Source: Eledone cirrhosa (taxonomy: Eukaryota). From it: a DNA stretch of 64,000 nucleotides. The position numbers and the translations under genes are program-made. Location: NCBI GenBank assembly GCA_964016885.1, contig OZ024756.1:15934001-15998000 (forward strand), written 5' to 3'. Within the stretch, counting starts at the first letter, position 1; each line of letters begins with the position of its first letter. Under the pieces are notes generated by a model, which saw only the letters and a list, made by a program, of their open reading frames with translations, was not told the origin of the DNA and ran no database searches. Positions 14,019 to 33,931 of the stretch are shown piece after piece.

Positions 14019-15024
14019 TTATTTTCCCTGAGATTGCATCAGAAGATGGTTCGTTATTCCTAACGATCCACCAATAGCAAAACGTACAAAATTATCACCC
14101 ATCAGTGGCCCCATAGCATACATTCCAGGCTCTTTGATTGCTTCATAAGAAAATGGATCTACTTGTATGGGATTGTGTTTACTGTCAATGGATTGGTTTT
14201 GGATGGTGCCTAAATATTTCCCTTCTTGTGGCAGGAATGTTAAATTTGGTTTAGCACCGATTAATACAACAGCCAAGGATGTATTCAGGGTGCTGATGTT
14301 GCAGCTGTTTCTAAGACACTTTATTAACACTTTGTTGTCCTTTTGCAGTTCTTCAACTTGGTGCCTCGAGTACGGCTTGTAGAGGTCGTTCACCTCTTTG
14401 CCTTTCATCATAGAATACACCCTGTGGTATTCAGGATACATACTTAGAGGTAGCTTTTTGAAGACCAGAGACGAATCATTTGGACTGACACGAAAAACAT
14501 GAGCAACAGAGATGTTGTTTTCTAGAGCTATTAATATAGCATCAGCAGCAGACAGACCAGCACCAACAACAACAACAGGATCAGAATCACTTGCAATCTC
14601 GTTTCTTGTAATCATTTCTTCAAAAGTCTTAAGAGAGTGCAAAACATAGGGAAGATTCTCACCAGTGGTTCCAAGATGGTTGGGTAGGTCTGTTGTACCT
14701 GTAGCCAGAACCACTTTATTACTTTGGAAACAAAAGTCTTCACGTTGGAAAGGTTCTTGTGTGTCACCCCGATCTGCATCCACTCTATGTCCACGCACCT
14801 CCCATAAGAATTTGTGGTTTTCTTTGGCATTTTGGCAGCAAGGCACTGCTTCTCCACTCTCACAATCGATTCTTTCACATGTGTCCAGAACCTTTTGTAC
14901 AGAACTGACCAAATAGCCACTGTGAAAGTTCTTGTAGAGGTTTTTCTCCCTTAAATAATCACAATAATAGTTGCGGACATCTGCAACCGTGGCACGATTA
15001 TCTTTCCTGTTTTTCTCAGACACC
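14019..15024 (-). CDS. OSGIN: OSGIN1/2-like oxidoreductase, last coding exon
   Basis: ORF has RATVADVRNYY, VVLATGT, PVVVVGAGLSAAD (second Rossmann motif), YPEYH and GMYAMGPLMGDNFVRF. Acceptor cttcag at 15025-15026; stop TAA at 14019-14021. One nt completes the Ser codon split with the previous exon. Confidence 0.93.
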
Positions 15025-15300
15025 CTGAAGAAAGAAAGAGAGGAAGAAAGATATATAAAGATGTAATTGAATTAAAGAGTTAAAGACAGGTGGAATAAGG
15101 GTGGAATGGAGTGAAGTAATGGTGGAATATGGGCGGAATGGGGTGGAATGGGACAACATTAGTTTTGATGAGTGTCTCACTTGTTCAATCAATGGAACAG
15201 CCTGCTTGTGAAATTAACCTGCCCAAAACTGCCCTGTGTTCTATGAAACAATCTTTCATTTTAAAGCATTCATATTTAAACTAAAACCTACCCTCCCACA

Positions 15301-15581
15301 TGTAGGTGTCACGACAAAGAGCACCCAGTCCACACTGTAAAGTGTTTGTGTAGGTGTCACGACAAAGAGCACCCAGTCCACACTGTAAAGTGGTTGTGTA
15401 GGTTTCATGACAAAGAGCACCCAGTCCACACTGTAAAGTGGTTGTGTAGGTGTCACGACAAAGAGCACCCAGTCCACACTGTAAAGTGGTTGTGTAGGTG
15501 CCACGACAAAGAGCACCCAGTCCATACTGTAAAGTGGTTGTGTAGGTGTAACAACAAAGAGCACCCAGTCCACATTGTAAA
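15301..15581 (+). repeat. 48-bp tandem repeat (about 6 copies) inside an RTE 3' UTR
   Basis: Unit tgtaggtgtcacgacaaagagcacccagtccacactgtaaagtggttg. Confidence 0.93.
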
Positions 15582-15845
15582 TGATGTTGCTGTTAGGAAG
15601 GACATCCAGCTGTAGAAACCAAGCTAAAATCAGTTCTGTATGAGCAAGACAGGGTCACCTGACCTAGCATTGCCCACAACAGGACAACTTGTCTAACACA
15701 TGCCAGGGTGGGGAAATGGACATAAAACATTGATGATGCTGATAATTTATTATGTTACTAATAATCTCCTAACTAAATAAGTTAATTAATTAATTAATTT
15801 AAACAAACAATTATTATAAATATGGTAATGAAATGGTTAATGGCA

Positions 15846-16790
15846 ACAATGAGCTAGGTTTACTCTTGGAATTAAGAGGACTGAGAGTGAACCTAGCTAA
15901 GACAAAAGTGTTGATAAGTAGAAAATAAGACAAAAGTGTTGATAAGTAGAAAAGAGGACAAAACTCTGATTCCGTCAGGGAAATGGCCATGTTCGATATG
16001 TAGAAAAGGAACTGGCATAAGTTCTATAAAATGTACACAATGCAGATCTTGGGTACACAAGAGATGTAGTGGGATAGCAGGCAAACTAACAGATAGGGAA
16101 AACTATGTATGCAGTAGATGTACAGGGAAATTTGACAGTAGAAGTTGCAGTGATAGACACATTTTTCAATAAGTGGTTGATAGCTTCCAGTACCTAGGTG
16201 ATCATATTAGCAAGGGAGGGGGGTGTTCCGAGGCCATAGTATCTAGAATAAGGATGGGTTGGAAGAAGTTTAAGGAGCTGCTTCCTCTGTTGACAAAGAA
16301 GGGTTTCTCCCTGCGTACGAAAGGCTGGTTATATGATGCCTGTGTGAGATGCACGATGCTGCATGGTAGTGAGACATGGGCAGCAACTGCAGAGGATATG
16401 CAACGGCTGGAGAGAAATGAAACAAGCATTCTCCATTGGATGTGCAATGTCAATGTACGTGAACGACCAAGCATAGATGAGAGAGAAACTGTGTATAAGA
16501 GGGATAAGTTGTAATGTGAGGGAGAGAAGGCTGCAATGGTATGGACAAGTGATGCGCATGGAGGATGACTGCAGGGTAAAGAAGTGCCAAGAAATCCTAA
16601 TAGAAGGAAGACGCAGTAGAGGAAGACCACGAAAAACAAGGCCGGAGGTGGTAAGAGCAGACCTCAGATTGCTGAAACTCACGGAGGAGATGACGAAGGA
16701 CCGCGAAAGTGGAGAGATGCTGTGCTGAATAGGACCCATCCCACCCTTGCAAGTAAGGAAAAGTGGACGTAAAATGATGATGATGATGAA
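15846..16790 (+). mobile_element. RTE-clade LINE 3' fragment, antisense in OSGIN intron
   Basis: SGKWPCSIC, FQYLGD, MLHGSETW, GRPRKT; (GAT)n tail ends about 30 bp from the exon donor at 16817. Confidence 0.9.
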
Positions 16791-16817
16791 GGAAAGAAAG
16801 AATTCTGAAATACTTAC

Positions 16818-16912
16818 GATGTTTTCTTGCTGTTTAACCATTTATGTAAAGGCAACGATGGTAATTCCATCCAGTTACTGATGCTGATTGTCTGTAAGTT
16901 CCCATCCATTTG
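16818..16912 (-). CDS. OSGIN: OSGIN-like internal exon, 95 nt (absent from ORF track)
   Basis: ttgtttag|QMDGNLQTISISNWMELPSLPLHKWLNSKKT(S)|gtaagta. Phase 0 in and phase 2 out fit both neighbours, and the peptide matches the OSGIN segment after GGxW. Confidence 0.92.
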
Positions 16913-16967
16913 CTAAACAATAATAATAATAATAATAATAATAACAATAATAATAATAATAATAATT

Positions 16968-17330
16968 GTTTCTACTTTAGGCACAAGGCCAGCAATTACC
17001 CAGTTCATTACTGGTACTTTATTTTATCGACCCCGTAAGGATGAAAGGCAAAGTCAACCTCGGAATAATAACAATGGTTTCTTTATTAACTTCAAAGGGT
17101 TTACTTCAAGAAAAACATTATGACAGTACAGGACGAAAACATGGAGTCTATAATAATAATAATGTTTCAACTTGAGGCACAAGGCCAGCAATTACCCCAG
17201 TGCATTACTGGTGCTTTATTTTATCAACCCTGTAAGGATGAAAGGTAAAGCTAACCAGGGTGGGATTTGAACTCAGAACGTAAAGGGCCGTAACTCTATG
17301 CTGTAAAGCATGGCGTCCGACCAATCGATA
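16968..17330 (-). mobile_element. Two partial Deu/Nin-domain tRNA-SINE copies
   Basis: ggcacaaggccagcaattacc...ttttatcgaccccgtaaggatgaaaggc occurs twice; B box in the second copy. Confidence 0.75.
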
Positions 17331-17483
17331 ATAATAATACAAAACAATATACAGGCAGTGAAATTGTCCAGATATCCTAGGCTGACAACATCCAGCGAAA
17401 AGCCAGTGTACTTGTTGACACAAAGCCACTCAGACTTGTTAGACCAACATCACAGATACCATAGATCAGCCCACAGATATCTT

Positions 17484-18128
17484 AGACCACCTCAGAGACA
17501 GACCACCTCAGACACAGACCACCTCGGACACAGACCACTTTGGTCACAGACCACCTCGGACACAGACCACCTCGGACACAGACCACCTCGGACACAGACC
17601 ACCTCAGAGACAGACCACCTTGGACACAGACCGAATGACCACCTCAGAGACAGGCCACCTCGGACACAGACCACCTCAGAGACAGACCACCTCGGACACA
17701 GACCAACTCGAACACAGACCACTTCGGACACAGACCACTTCGGACACAGACCGACAGACCACCTCAGAGACAGGCCACCTCGGACACAGACCACCTCGGA
17801 CACAGACCACCTCGGAGACAGACCACCTCGGAGACAGACCACCTCGGACAGACTGACAGACCACCTCGGACACAGACTACCTCAGACACAGACCGCCTCA
17901 GACACAGACCGCCTCAGACACAGACCACCTCAGAGACAGACCACCTTGGACACAGGCCACCTCAGACACAGACCGACAGACAACCTCAGAGACAGACCAC
18001 CTCCGACACAGATCACCTCGGACACAAACCACCTCAGAGACAGACCGCCTGACACAGACCAACAGACCACCTCAGAGACAGACCGCCTCGGACACAGACT
18101 GCTTCGGACGCAGACCACCTCAGACACA
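17484..18128 (+). repeat. 16-bp minisatellite (agaccacctcrgasac), about 40 copies
   Basis: Direct inspection; periodic 8-bp insertions (gaca-type). Confidence 0.93.
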
Positions 18129-18257
18129 TTTACGTGTTTGTATTGATTATTGATCTGTTAGATGTGTTTCAAGGTCACCTATGGACCCGACTCCAGCATC
18201 AGTCAGACATGGTGACTCAACAAAAAAACAGTAATTCACCGAATCCCCCCCCCTTAT

Positions 18258-21835
<3,578 letters not shown>

Positions 21836-21897
21836 TTCGTGCGTGTGTATATAGGTTGCAAGACAGATAACTCAAAACAGATGTAATAGTCTAAATA

Positions 21898-22088
21898 ATT
21901 GTTTCTACTTTTGGCACAAGGCCAGCAATTACCCAGTGCATTACTGGTACTTTATTTTATCGACCCCGGAAGGATGAAAGGCAAAGTTAACCTCAGCGGG
22001 ATTTGAACTCAGATCATACAGGGAGGTAACTCTATGCTTCAAAGCATGGCGTCAAACCCTCTACCGATACTGCCAATCCACCGCCTTA
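21898..22088 (-). mobile_element. Full-length tRNA-derived SINE with Deu/Nin-like core
   Basis: Minus: A box tggcagtatcgg, B box gagttcaaatcc, core gcctttcatccttccggggtcgataaaataaagtacc, tail gtagaaacaattatt. Confidence 0.85.
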
Positions 22089-22228
22089 TACTTAGTCTAA
22101 ATAATGTATTCAAATGAAATATAGAATGACAGCCTGAATAAATTAATATTTACATATCAAATGCAATAAATTATATTGATGTGTAAATATATCAATATGT
22201 TATTGATATATATATATATATATATATA

Positions 22229-22447
22229 CGAGGGTAATCCCAAAAGTAAGGTCTCCAAAGCGATGGGGACACAGAGAAACTGTTCGTACGGTTGTTGGCA
22301 ACATTGTTGTGATTGGTGCTTCCTTCACTCCCAAACAAGCATGTGCGCGCTTCGCTGGGATGCTCAATCTTGGCTTGGCAGCCGTTGAGAATGGAGCTCC
22401 TGTTGAATGCTACTGCAGCCAAGTGCGAATTTTGTGCAGTTATTATA
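22229..22447 (+). mobile_element. Tc1/mariner left end with transposase start
   Basis: TA|cgagggtaatcccaaaagtaaggtctcc TIR followed by MELLLNATAAKCEFCAVI, resembling mariner KCEVRAVI. Confidence 0.65.
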
Positions 22448-22449
22448 TA

Positions 22450-22637
22450 CGAGGGCAATCCCAAAAGTAAGATCTCCTTCCGAGGAAAACGTGTAAAGAT
22501 CGGCGGATCACTCTGGATGCTCTCTGCATTTTGGTTCCTGAGGTTTCCTGAAGCACCATCCCAGGATTTTAACGGAAAAATTGCAATAACGGAAGTTGCA
22601 ATATCGGAAGGAGACCTTACTTTTGGGATTGCCCTCG
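22450..22637. mobile_element. Mariner-type MITE, 188 bp
   Basis: TIRs of about 33 bp (cgagggcaatcccaaaagtaag...cttacttttgggattgccctcg), TA on both sides. Confidence 0.9.
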
Positions 22638-22866
22638 TACATCATCACCATTTTATATCCATTTGCCATGCTTGGGTTAGACAGGTCGGTCACCCCACGA
22701 GACAAGTCTGGCATGTTGGCCGTGCTCTACCTTGCTCAGATGGACTGTAATCTGGCTGGGATTTTTACAGCTGGATGCCCTTCCTAACACCAGCCATGTT
22801 TATAAGGAGAGACAGTCAATGATTATGTCCTCTTTGTCACCTCCGTGTCTCTTACCTGTCTGTCAC

Positions 22867-22904
<38 letters not shown>

Positions 22905-22988
22905 GTTTCTGTCACTCTGTCACCACTGTGTCTCCCTGAGTTGTCATCCTTCTCTGTCTCTCTCGATAAAGGCAATCAAACCACTCAC

Positions 22989-23180
22989 CTGCCAAGAGCC
23001 ACCAGGTTTCCATTTTCCTAACACAAGGTGAGGGACTTCATGCTGTTTGTCATAGACCCATGTCAGCAGTGAGGGATTGAGGGCTCCGTTGTCAGCGTCT
23101 GGGTGTAGCATATGGTCGAATAAAACAGCAACTGGGTTCACCGAACGACCTTCAAGTCCTTGAGCCAAATCAAATAAATC
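22989..23180 (-). CDS. OSGIN: OSGIN-like internal exon, 192 nt
   Basis: ttttctag|DLFDLAQGLEGRSVNPVAVLFDHMLHPDAD...PHLVLGKWKPGGSWQ|gtgagt. GLEGRS-NPV-LFD is characteristic of OSGIN; phase 0/0. Confidence 0.93.
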
Positions 23181-24132
23181 CTAGAAAAAAAAAAAGAAAA
23201 AAAAAAGAGTAAAAGTCATGTGATCTGTAAGGTAAAAAGTCCTTTACTCCTCAGGGAGTGTCTGACACACGACATACCTTGGGCATTTGAAAATTTGGCA
23301 TAGCCCTCTAGGTCAGAGAGGGAGAGAGACCCACCCCAGTATTTGATTGGTACTTTATTGATCTTGCAAATAAATCAAAGCTGTGGGATCACATTTTGTT
23401 TCATTGGGGTGATGGGTGTCGGTAAGACCTTATTTAATTTTTAGATTTTATGACTGGTTTCAAACATACAATATATTTCCTATCTCAATCATGTTGTCAC
23501 AATAAGAAATTCACTTTCCAATCACAAGGTCCCAAGTTCCAACCCTACATTCTCCCACCCTACTGTAAATAGTTTATTTCTCCAAAGTTACTCAAACATT
23601 TAACTCTGTCATTTATACATCTTTGCCGGACATTTATGTAATCATACCCTCTCATGTATATATATAAAGAGAGAAGGGAAAAAGAAAAGAGAGGTACCCC
23701 CCCCCCCCAAAAAAAAAACCACACAGTCCACGCTGTAATGTGGCCGTGTAGGTAACACAGTAAAAAGCTCGCAGGCCACACTGTAAATGTGGTTGGTGTT
23801 AGGAAGGGCATCCAACCGTAGAAAACCTGCCAGATAGTCCTATACAAGTGTGACACGGTCAACCGACCAATCCTGCCTCAAGTGGAACAACTCCCGTCTA
23901 ACCCATGCTAGCGTGGAAGATGGATGTTAAACGATGATGATGATACATAATTCAAGGAAACAACAAAACAGAGGTAACTACCAACACAAGTGCTACTAAT
24001 AATATGCAAATTAGTATGTCATTTCATGATAAGTGATGGCAGGTATCAGCCTCTAACCCCCTCAATTATGTATTTCCTTATAGTTGTTTAGATTATATAC
24101 ATGAAATCCAACTAGGCTTGAAAACTGGTTAA

Positions 24133-24426
24133 CCCTTTAGCATTTAAGCCGGCCATATCCGGTTAGAATTCTCTCACATCTTTCTGTTCAAATAAGCCGT
24201 AAACCACTACTCACACCAAAGTTAACATTTAGTGCACTAGTAATGAGTTGTTTCCCTTGACACGGCAATATCTATTAAGGGGAGATTACTCACATGGCGC
24301 ATTTTGTCACCCGCAGCGTGCTGAAGATTAAGGTATTGTTCTCAAAATAAATAGCATCAAAATCTCATAGATTCGATATTATGTGAGGTATAACAGTATA
24401 TATAGAGTAATGTAACTGGTAAAGGG
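24133..24426. mobile_element. piggyBac-type MITE
   Basis: TTAA|ccctttagcattta...taactggtaaaggg|TTAA; shorter copy at 46930-47134. Confidence 0.8.
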
Positions 24427-25044
24427 TTAAAGGTATTTACCATTTTTTTTTTCTGCTCATAGGCAAATATGTATATTTGGCATGTGTACATGTCTCTAGA
24501 CTAAAAAAATGTGTAAATTTATATATACACACTTACACAGTTTTAGTGTCTTCTATTTAGTGTATATACAGTTATAACTTTATCATGTGTGTGTGTATTT
24601 CTATGTATGTATGTGTGTATTTCTACGTATGTGTGTGTGTATTTCTATGTGTGTATATGTGTATTTCTATGTATGTGTGTGTGTATTTCCACGTATGTGT
24701 GTATTTCTCTGTATGTATATTTGTATTTCTATGTATGTGTGTGTGTGTGTGTGTGTGTATTTCTACGTATGTATGTATCTGTGTGTATATTTCTATGTAT
24801 GTGTGTATTTCTACGTATGTATGTGTATTTCTATCATCATCATTTTACGTCCGCTTTTCCCTGCTTGCAAGGGTGGGACGGGAACTGATTCTGGCTTGAT
24901 TTCTACAGCTGGATGCCCTTTCTAACACCCAACCTCATTTACAGTGAGTGCTGGGTGCTTTTTTTCCGTGGCACCTCCACGACCACTTTACAGTGTGGGC
25001 TGGGTGCTTTTTTTCCGTGGCACCTCCATGACCACTTTACAGTG

Positions 25045-25218
25045 GAATGATATGGACCCCAGTCCCTATCATCTCATTTCTACAGCTGAGTAAACTGAAG
25101 CAATGTGAAATAAAGTGCCTTGCTCAAGGAAACAACACATCACCCGGTCTTGGAATTGAACTCACAACCTTTCGATTGCAAGGCCAATGCTCTAACCACT
25201 AAGCCACGTGCCTCCACA
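25045..25218 (-). mobile_element. tRNA-derived SINE, second family
   Basis: Minus: A box tggcttagtgg, B box gagttcaattcc, core ccttgagcaaggcactttatttcac; diverged copy at about 46660-46815. Confidence 0.8.
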
Positions 25219-25534
25219 TGTATGTGTGTATGTATATTTCCTCACAACAGTTATTCCATTGTATCAGGTTTGGTCGTTTGTTTTTATTTGTGAGAAATCT
25301 TTCAAAATACATTTTTTAAATCTTTTTTTAAAACTATTTCCCCATCACACAACTTCAATAGATCTAACCTAGTTATTGTATTTATTATTTTAGTTTGGTT
25401 TTATTTAAGTCAACTCAGTGTTCAGGTATATATTTACCTATTTTTAATAACCAGTTATAACGGGTTATAATGGAGAATGGGGTGGGGTGGCTAGGGGTAG
25501 GAGAAGGAGGAAAGTAGGACAATTGTGTCAACTT

Positions 25535-26632
25535 TTGTCTGTCTGTCTGTCTGTCTGTCACCTCACTCTTCTCTCTATGATTGTCTGTCTGTCTGTCACC
25601 CTACACACTCTCTATCTCTCTATGAATATCTGTCTGTCACCCCACTCTCTGTCTGTCTGTCACCTCACACTCTCTCTGTCTGTCTGTCACCTCACACTCT
25701 CTCTGTCTGTCTGTCACCTCACACTCTCTCTGTCTGTCTGTCACCTCACACTCTCTCTGTCTGTCTGTCACCTCACACTCTCTCTGTCTGTCTGTCACCT
25801 CACACTCTGTCTGTCTGTCACCTCACACTCTCTCTGTCTGTCTGTCACCTCACACTCTCTCTGTCTGTCTGTCACCTCACACTCTCTCTGTCTGTCTGTC
25901 ACCTCACACTCTCTCTCTATGACTGTCTGTGTCACCCCACTCTATGTCTGTCTGTCACCCTACACACTCTCTCTCTATGACTGTCTGTCTGTCACCCCAC
26001 TCTCTCTCTATGTCTGTCTGTCTGACACCCCACTCTCTCTCTGTCTGTCTGTCTGACACCCCACTCTCTCTGTGTGTCTGTCTGACACCCCACTCTCTCT
26101 CTCTCTGTCTGTCTGTCACCCCACTCTCTCTCTCTCTGTCTGTCTGTGTCTGTCACCTCACACTCTCTCTCTGTCTGTCTGTCTGTCTGTCTGTCACCTC
26201 ACACTCTCTCTCTATGACTGTCTGTGTCACCCCACTCTATGTCTGTCTGTCACCCTACACACACTCTCTGTCTGTCTGTCTGACACCCCACTCTATGTCT
26301 GTCTGACACCCCACTCTCTCTCTCTCTGTCTGACACCCCACTCTCTCTCTGTCTGTCTGACACCCCACTCTCTCTCTGTCTGTCTGACACCCCACTCTCT
26401 CTGTCTGTGTCTGTCACCTCACACTCTCTCTCTCTGTCTGTCTGTCACCTCACACTCTCTCTCTATGACTGTGTGTCACCCCACTCTATGTCTGTCTGAC
26501 ACCCCACTCTCTCTCTGTCTGTCTGACACCCCACTCTCTCTGTCTGTCTGACACCCCACTCTCTCTCTCTGTCTGACACCCCACTCTCTCTCTCTCTCTG
26601 TCTGTCTGTCTGTCTGTCTGTCACTCTCTCTC
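25535..26632 (+). repeat. About 27-bp CT-rich minisatellite
   Basis: Unit gtctgtctgtcacctcacactctctct and variants; strong pyrimidine skew. Confidence 0.93.
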
Positions 26633-27244
26633 TATTCCACTGTCCCAATCTTGTGAAAATGCGCCAAAGTACTTTTACACCATGTCATTAACAACAACAA
26701 CAACAACAACAACAGCGACAACAACAACAGCGACAACAACAACAACAACAACAGCAACAACTTAAGATAAAAGTTGATTGGTGGCAGTAGTGTGTGTTTG
26801 TGTATGTGTAGATATGTGAATGTGTAGATATGTGTATATATATATACACACACACACACATATATACTGTATATAGAGAGAAAAAGATAGACACACACAC
26901 ATATATACGTATATATGCATACATACACACATTGTGGAAATCTATTCCTAAAAACTAGATTCTCCCAACTACATATGAACAAATGGTTGTTATAAATCAT
27001 ACCTCTACCACCACCACCACCCTGACTCACCTCGACTACCCCAGCCCCTTCATCTTGTCTCTCCTCCACCCCACACTGGACTCGCCCCACCCCTCACCCC
27101 GACTCTCCCCCAGTCCCCTGGCACCTTGACTCTCAAGGTAAGGACGCTGTTGTGGGTTTGTTTTACTTTTAACTTACTATGTCAGTGTGTGTTTGGATTC
27201 TGCGGCTGTTGCTGTAAACACCAATTATTACTGATGTTGTTGTT

Positions 27245-27662
27245 GTTGTTGTTGTGAGTGGTTGTGTTGTGTGTTTATATTAAGTCTACACCACATTGTA
27301 TTGTGTTGTGTGGTTATATTAAGTCTACACCACACTGTGTTGTTGTGAGTGGTTGTGTTGTGTGTTTATATTAAGTCTACACCACATTGTATTGTGTTGT
27401 GTGGTTATAATAAGTCAACACCACACTGTCTTGTTGTGAGTGGTTGTGTTGTGTGTTTATATTAAGTCTACACCACATTGTATTGTGTTGTGTGGTTATA
27501 ATAAGTCAACACCACACTGTCTTGTTGTGAGTGGTTGTGTTGTGTGTTTATATTAAGTCTACATCACATTGTATTGTGTTGTGTTGTGTGGTTATAATAA
27601 GTCAACACCACATTGTATTGTGTGGTTATAATAAGTCAATACCACACTGTGTTGTTGTGAGT
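27245..27662 (+). repeat. 91-bp tandem repeat, about 4.5 copies
   Basis: gttgtgagt recurs at 27251, 27342, 27433 and 27524; each unit has two related subunits. Confidence 0.9.
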
Positions 27663-28367
27663 AACTTAGTGTCCCAGCAAAATAAGTACCAGACTAGACC
27701 AGATTTGAAAAACAATAAGTACTGTGGTTGATATGACTGCATAAATCCCCTTGAAGGTGGTGTTCCAATATGGCAGCCGTCTAATGACAGAAACCAGCAA
27801 AAGAACAAACAAATAATGATAAAAAAATAAATAAATAAAAATAAAAGAATCCATTTTGTCCAATTTTCTAAAAGACTTGCGGATTTGAGTGAAATAAAAA
27901 AAAAAACACAAAAAAAAAATTGAAGTCATAATTATAGAGTTTTTGGAAAAGTAAACCATTTAATTGAGGAGCCAGCACAGTAATAATAAGTCAACCCAGT
28001 TCCAATCTGTAAGTGCTGATCTAATAATCATCCAATAGAAAGAAAGTTTAGAGTGTCAAGACAAGATTATATATTCCATGTGGCTTTTGTAGACATTCCT
28101 CACAGTTTTTTTTTAAAATGCTTTAGATTCAAGGTTATCGCACACCATAGCCTTTCTTCTTCTTGTATTTTTATTTCACTGGTTTTAGTCATTGGACTGC
28201 AACCATGCTGGGGCAGAGTTGTATGTAAAAGGGGTTGTTTGGTTACAGTTGCAGGATATGGTATCCTGTCACATTGCTCATGCAGCTTTCCTATACAACT
28301 CTCCTACCCACCACTACCACTCTCTCTCTCATACTAACCCATCATTTTATTGGTATCCTATCACAAT

Positions 28368-28892
28368 GCTGTGGTAGAAATAACCCAGTCAAGCCCATGT
28401 GGTAGAAATGACCCAGTCAAGCCCATGTTGTGGTAGAAATGACCCAGTCAAGACCATGTTGTGGTAGAGATGACCCAGTCAAGCCCATGTTGTGGTAGAC
28501 ATGACCCAGTCAAGACCATGTTGTGGTAGAAATGACCCAGTCAAGCCCATGTTGTGGTAGAAATGACCCAGTCAAGCCCATGTGATAGAGATGACCCAGT
28601 CAAGCCCATGTTGTGGTAGAGATGACCTAATCAAGCCCATGTTGTGTTAGAGATAACCCAGTCAAGCTCATGCTGTGGTAGAGATGACCCAGACAAGCCC
28701 ATGTGTTAGATGTGACCCAGTCAAGCCCATATTGTGTTAGATATGACCCAGTCAAGACCATGTTGTGTTAGATATGACCCAGTCAAGCCCATGCAGTGTT
28801 AGATATGACCCAGTCAAGCCCATGCAGTGTTAGATATGACCCAGTCAAGCCCATGCAGTGTTAGATATGACCCAGTCAAGCTCATGCTGTGA
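28368..28892 (+). repeat. 31-bp minisatellite, about 17 copies
   Basis: Unit tgtggtagaaatgacccagtcaagcccatgt. Confidence 0.93.
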
Positions 28893-28979
28893 TGGGGAGG
28901 ACCAGGTCAAGCCCATGCCGTGATGGAGAAAACATAATATAATGACAATGATGATGATACTATAGAGATAGATACTTAC

Positions 28980-29113
28980 AGATTCCACAATTGAGCTTCC
29001 TTTAAGGCCCTTGAGTTTTTCTTCTAAGAAGGGCACTGAATGAGGCAGGCCATTGTAGTAAGGACGGTATCCAGAGAGCAAGAAAGATAAACATATTGCA
29101 GAAGGACCGTTTC
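28980..29113 (-). CDS. OSGIN: OSGIN-like internal exon, 134 nt, FAD-binding GxGxxA motif
   Basis: cttacag|(G)NGPSAICLSFLLSGYRPYY...SSIVES|gtaagta. Begins in phase 1, so it needs an upstream exon ending in ...V[IV]G. Confidence 0.92.
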
Positions 29114-29289
29114 CTGTAAGAACAGAGATAAAATAATGGAAAATAATAATAATAATAATAATAATAACAATGAGTAGTAGTAGTAGTAGTAGTGGTAGTG
29201 GTATTTCTGATGAGAGATTTAACGATAATGTTTATAGGATGGCTCAGTTATTTAGGTCAGGCATAGGAGATGAGGCACATATGCATGGA

Positions 29290-33303
<4,014 letters not shown>

Positions 33304-33503
33304 NNNNNNNNNNNNNNNNNNNNNNNNNNNNNNNNNNNNNNNNNNNNNNNNNNNNNNNNNNNNNNNNNNNNNNNNNNNNNNNNNNNNNNNNNNNNNNNNN
33401 NNNNNNNNNNNNNNNNNNNNNNNNNNNNNNNNNNNNNNNNNNNNNNNNNNNNNNNNNNNNNNNNNNNNNNNNNNNNNNNNNNNNNNNNNNNNNNNNNNNN
33501 NNN
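33304..33503. other. Assembly gap (200 N)
   Basis: Run of n. Confidence 1.
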
Positions 33504-33559
33504 AAAGAGAAAAAAAGGAGGGATAGGTGATACATATAGTTATTTGCCAAGTAGCGTAT

Positions 33560-33896
33560 GCCAAAAGTGCTCGATACTAGTGCCGGCAGTATTAATATTT
33601 GAAGTGTTAATATTTAGTGGGCTAGAGAGTTAGCAGAGCGTAAGCACGTGGGAAAGTAAATAATCGGAGAATAGACCTTTTAAACATGTTTATTTAAAAT
33701 ATCACCTACGTACGTTTCGCCCAGTTGGGCTTCTCAAGGGCATAAATAATCACAAGTGCTCCTTAATATAGTTCGGAAAGAGTTTTGGGGGTTAAATCTA
33801 CATCGAGATTCATTGCTCGCAAAAATATCTTGTTTTGATTTTGCAGCAGGTCAAGGGAGGTAACTCTGACCGGTGTTAGGGCAGTCTTTCCCGGAT

Positions 33897-33931
<35 letters not shown>

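Noticed and set aside
17310-18146. 278-aa repetitive ORF
   Set aside because: Translation of a 16-bp minisatellite, antisense within an intron.
21990-22088. tRNA gene
   Set aside because: A and B boxes are present but there is no cloverleaf, and it is joined to a multi-copy SINE body.
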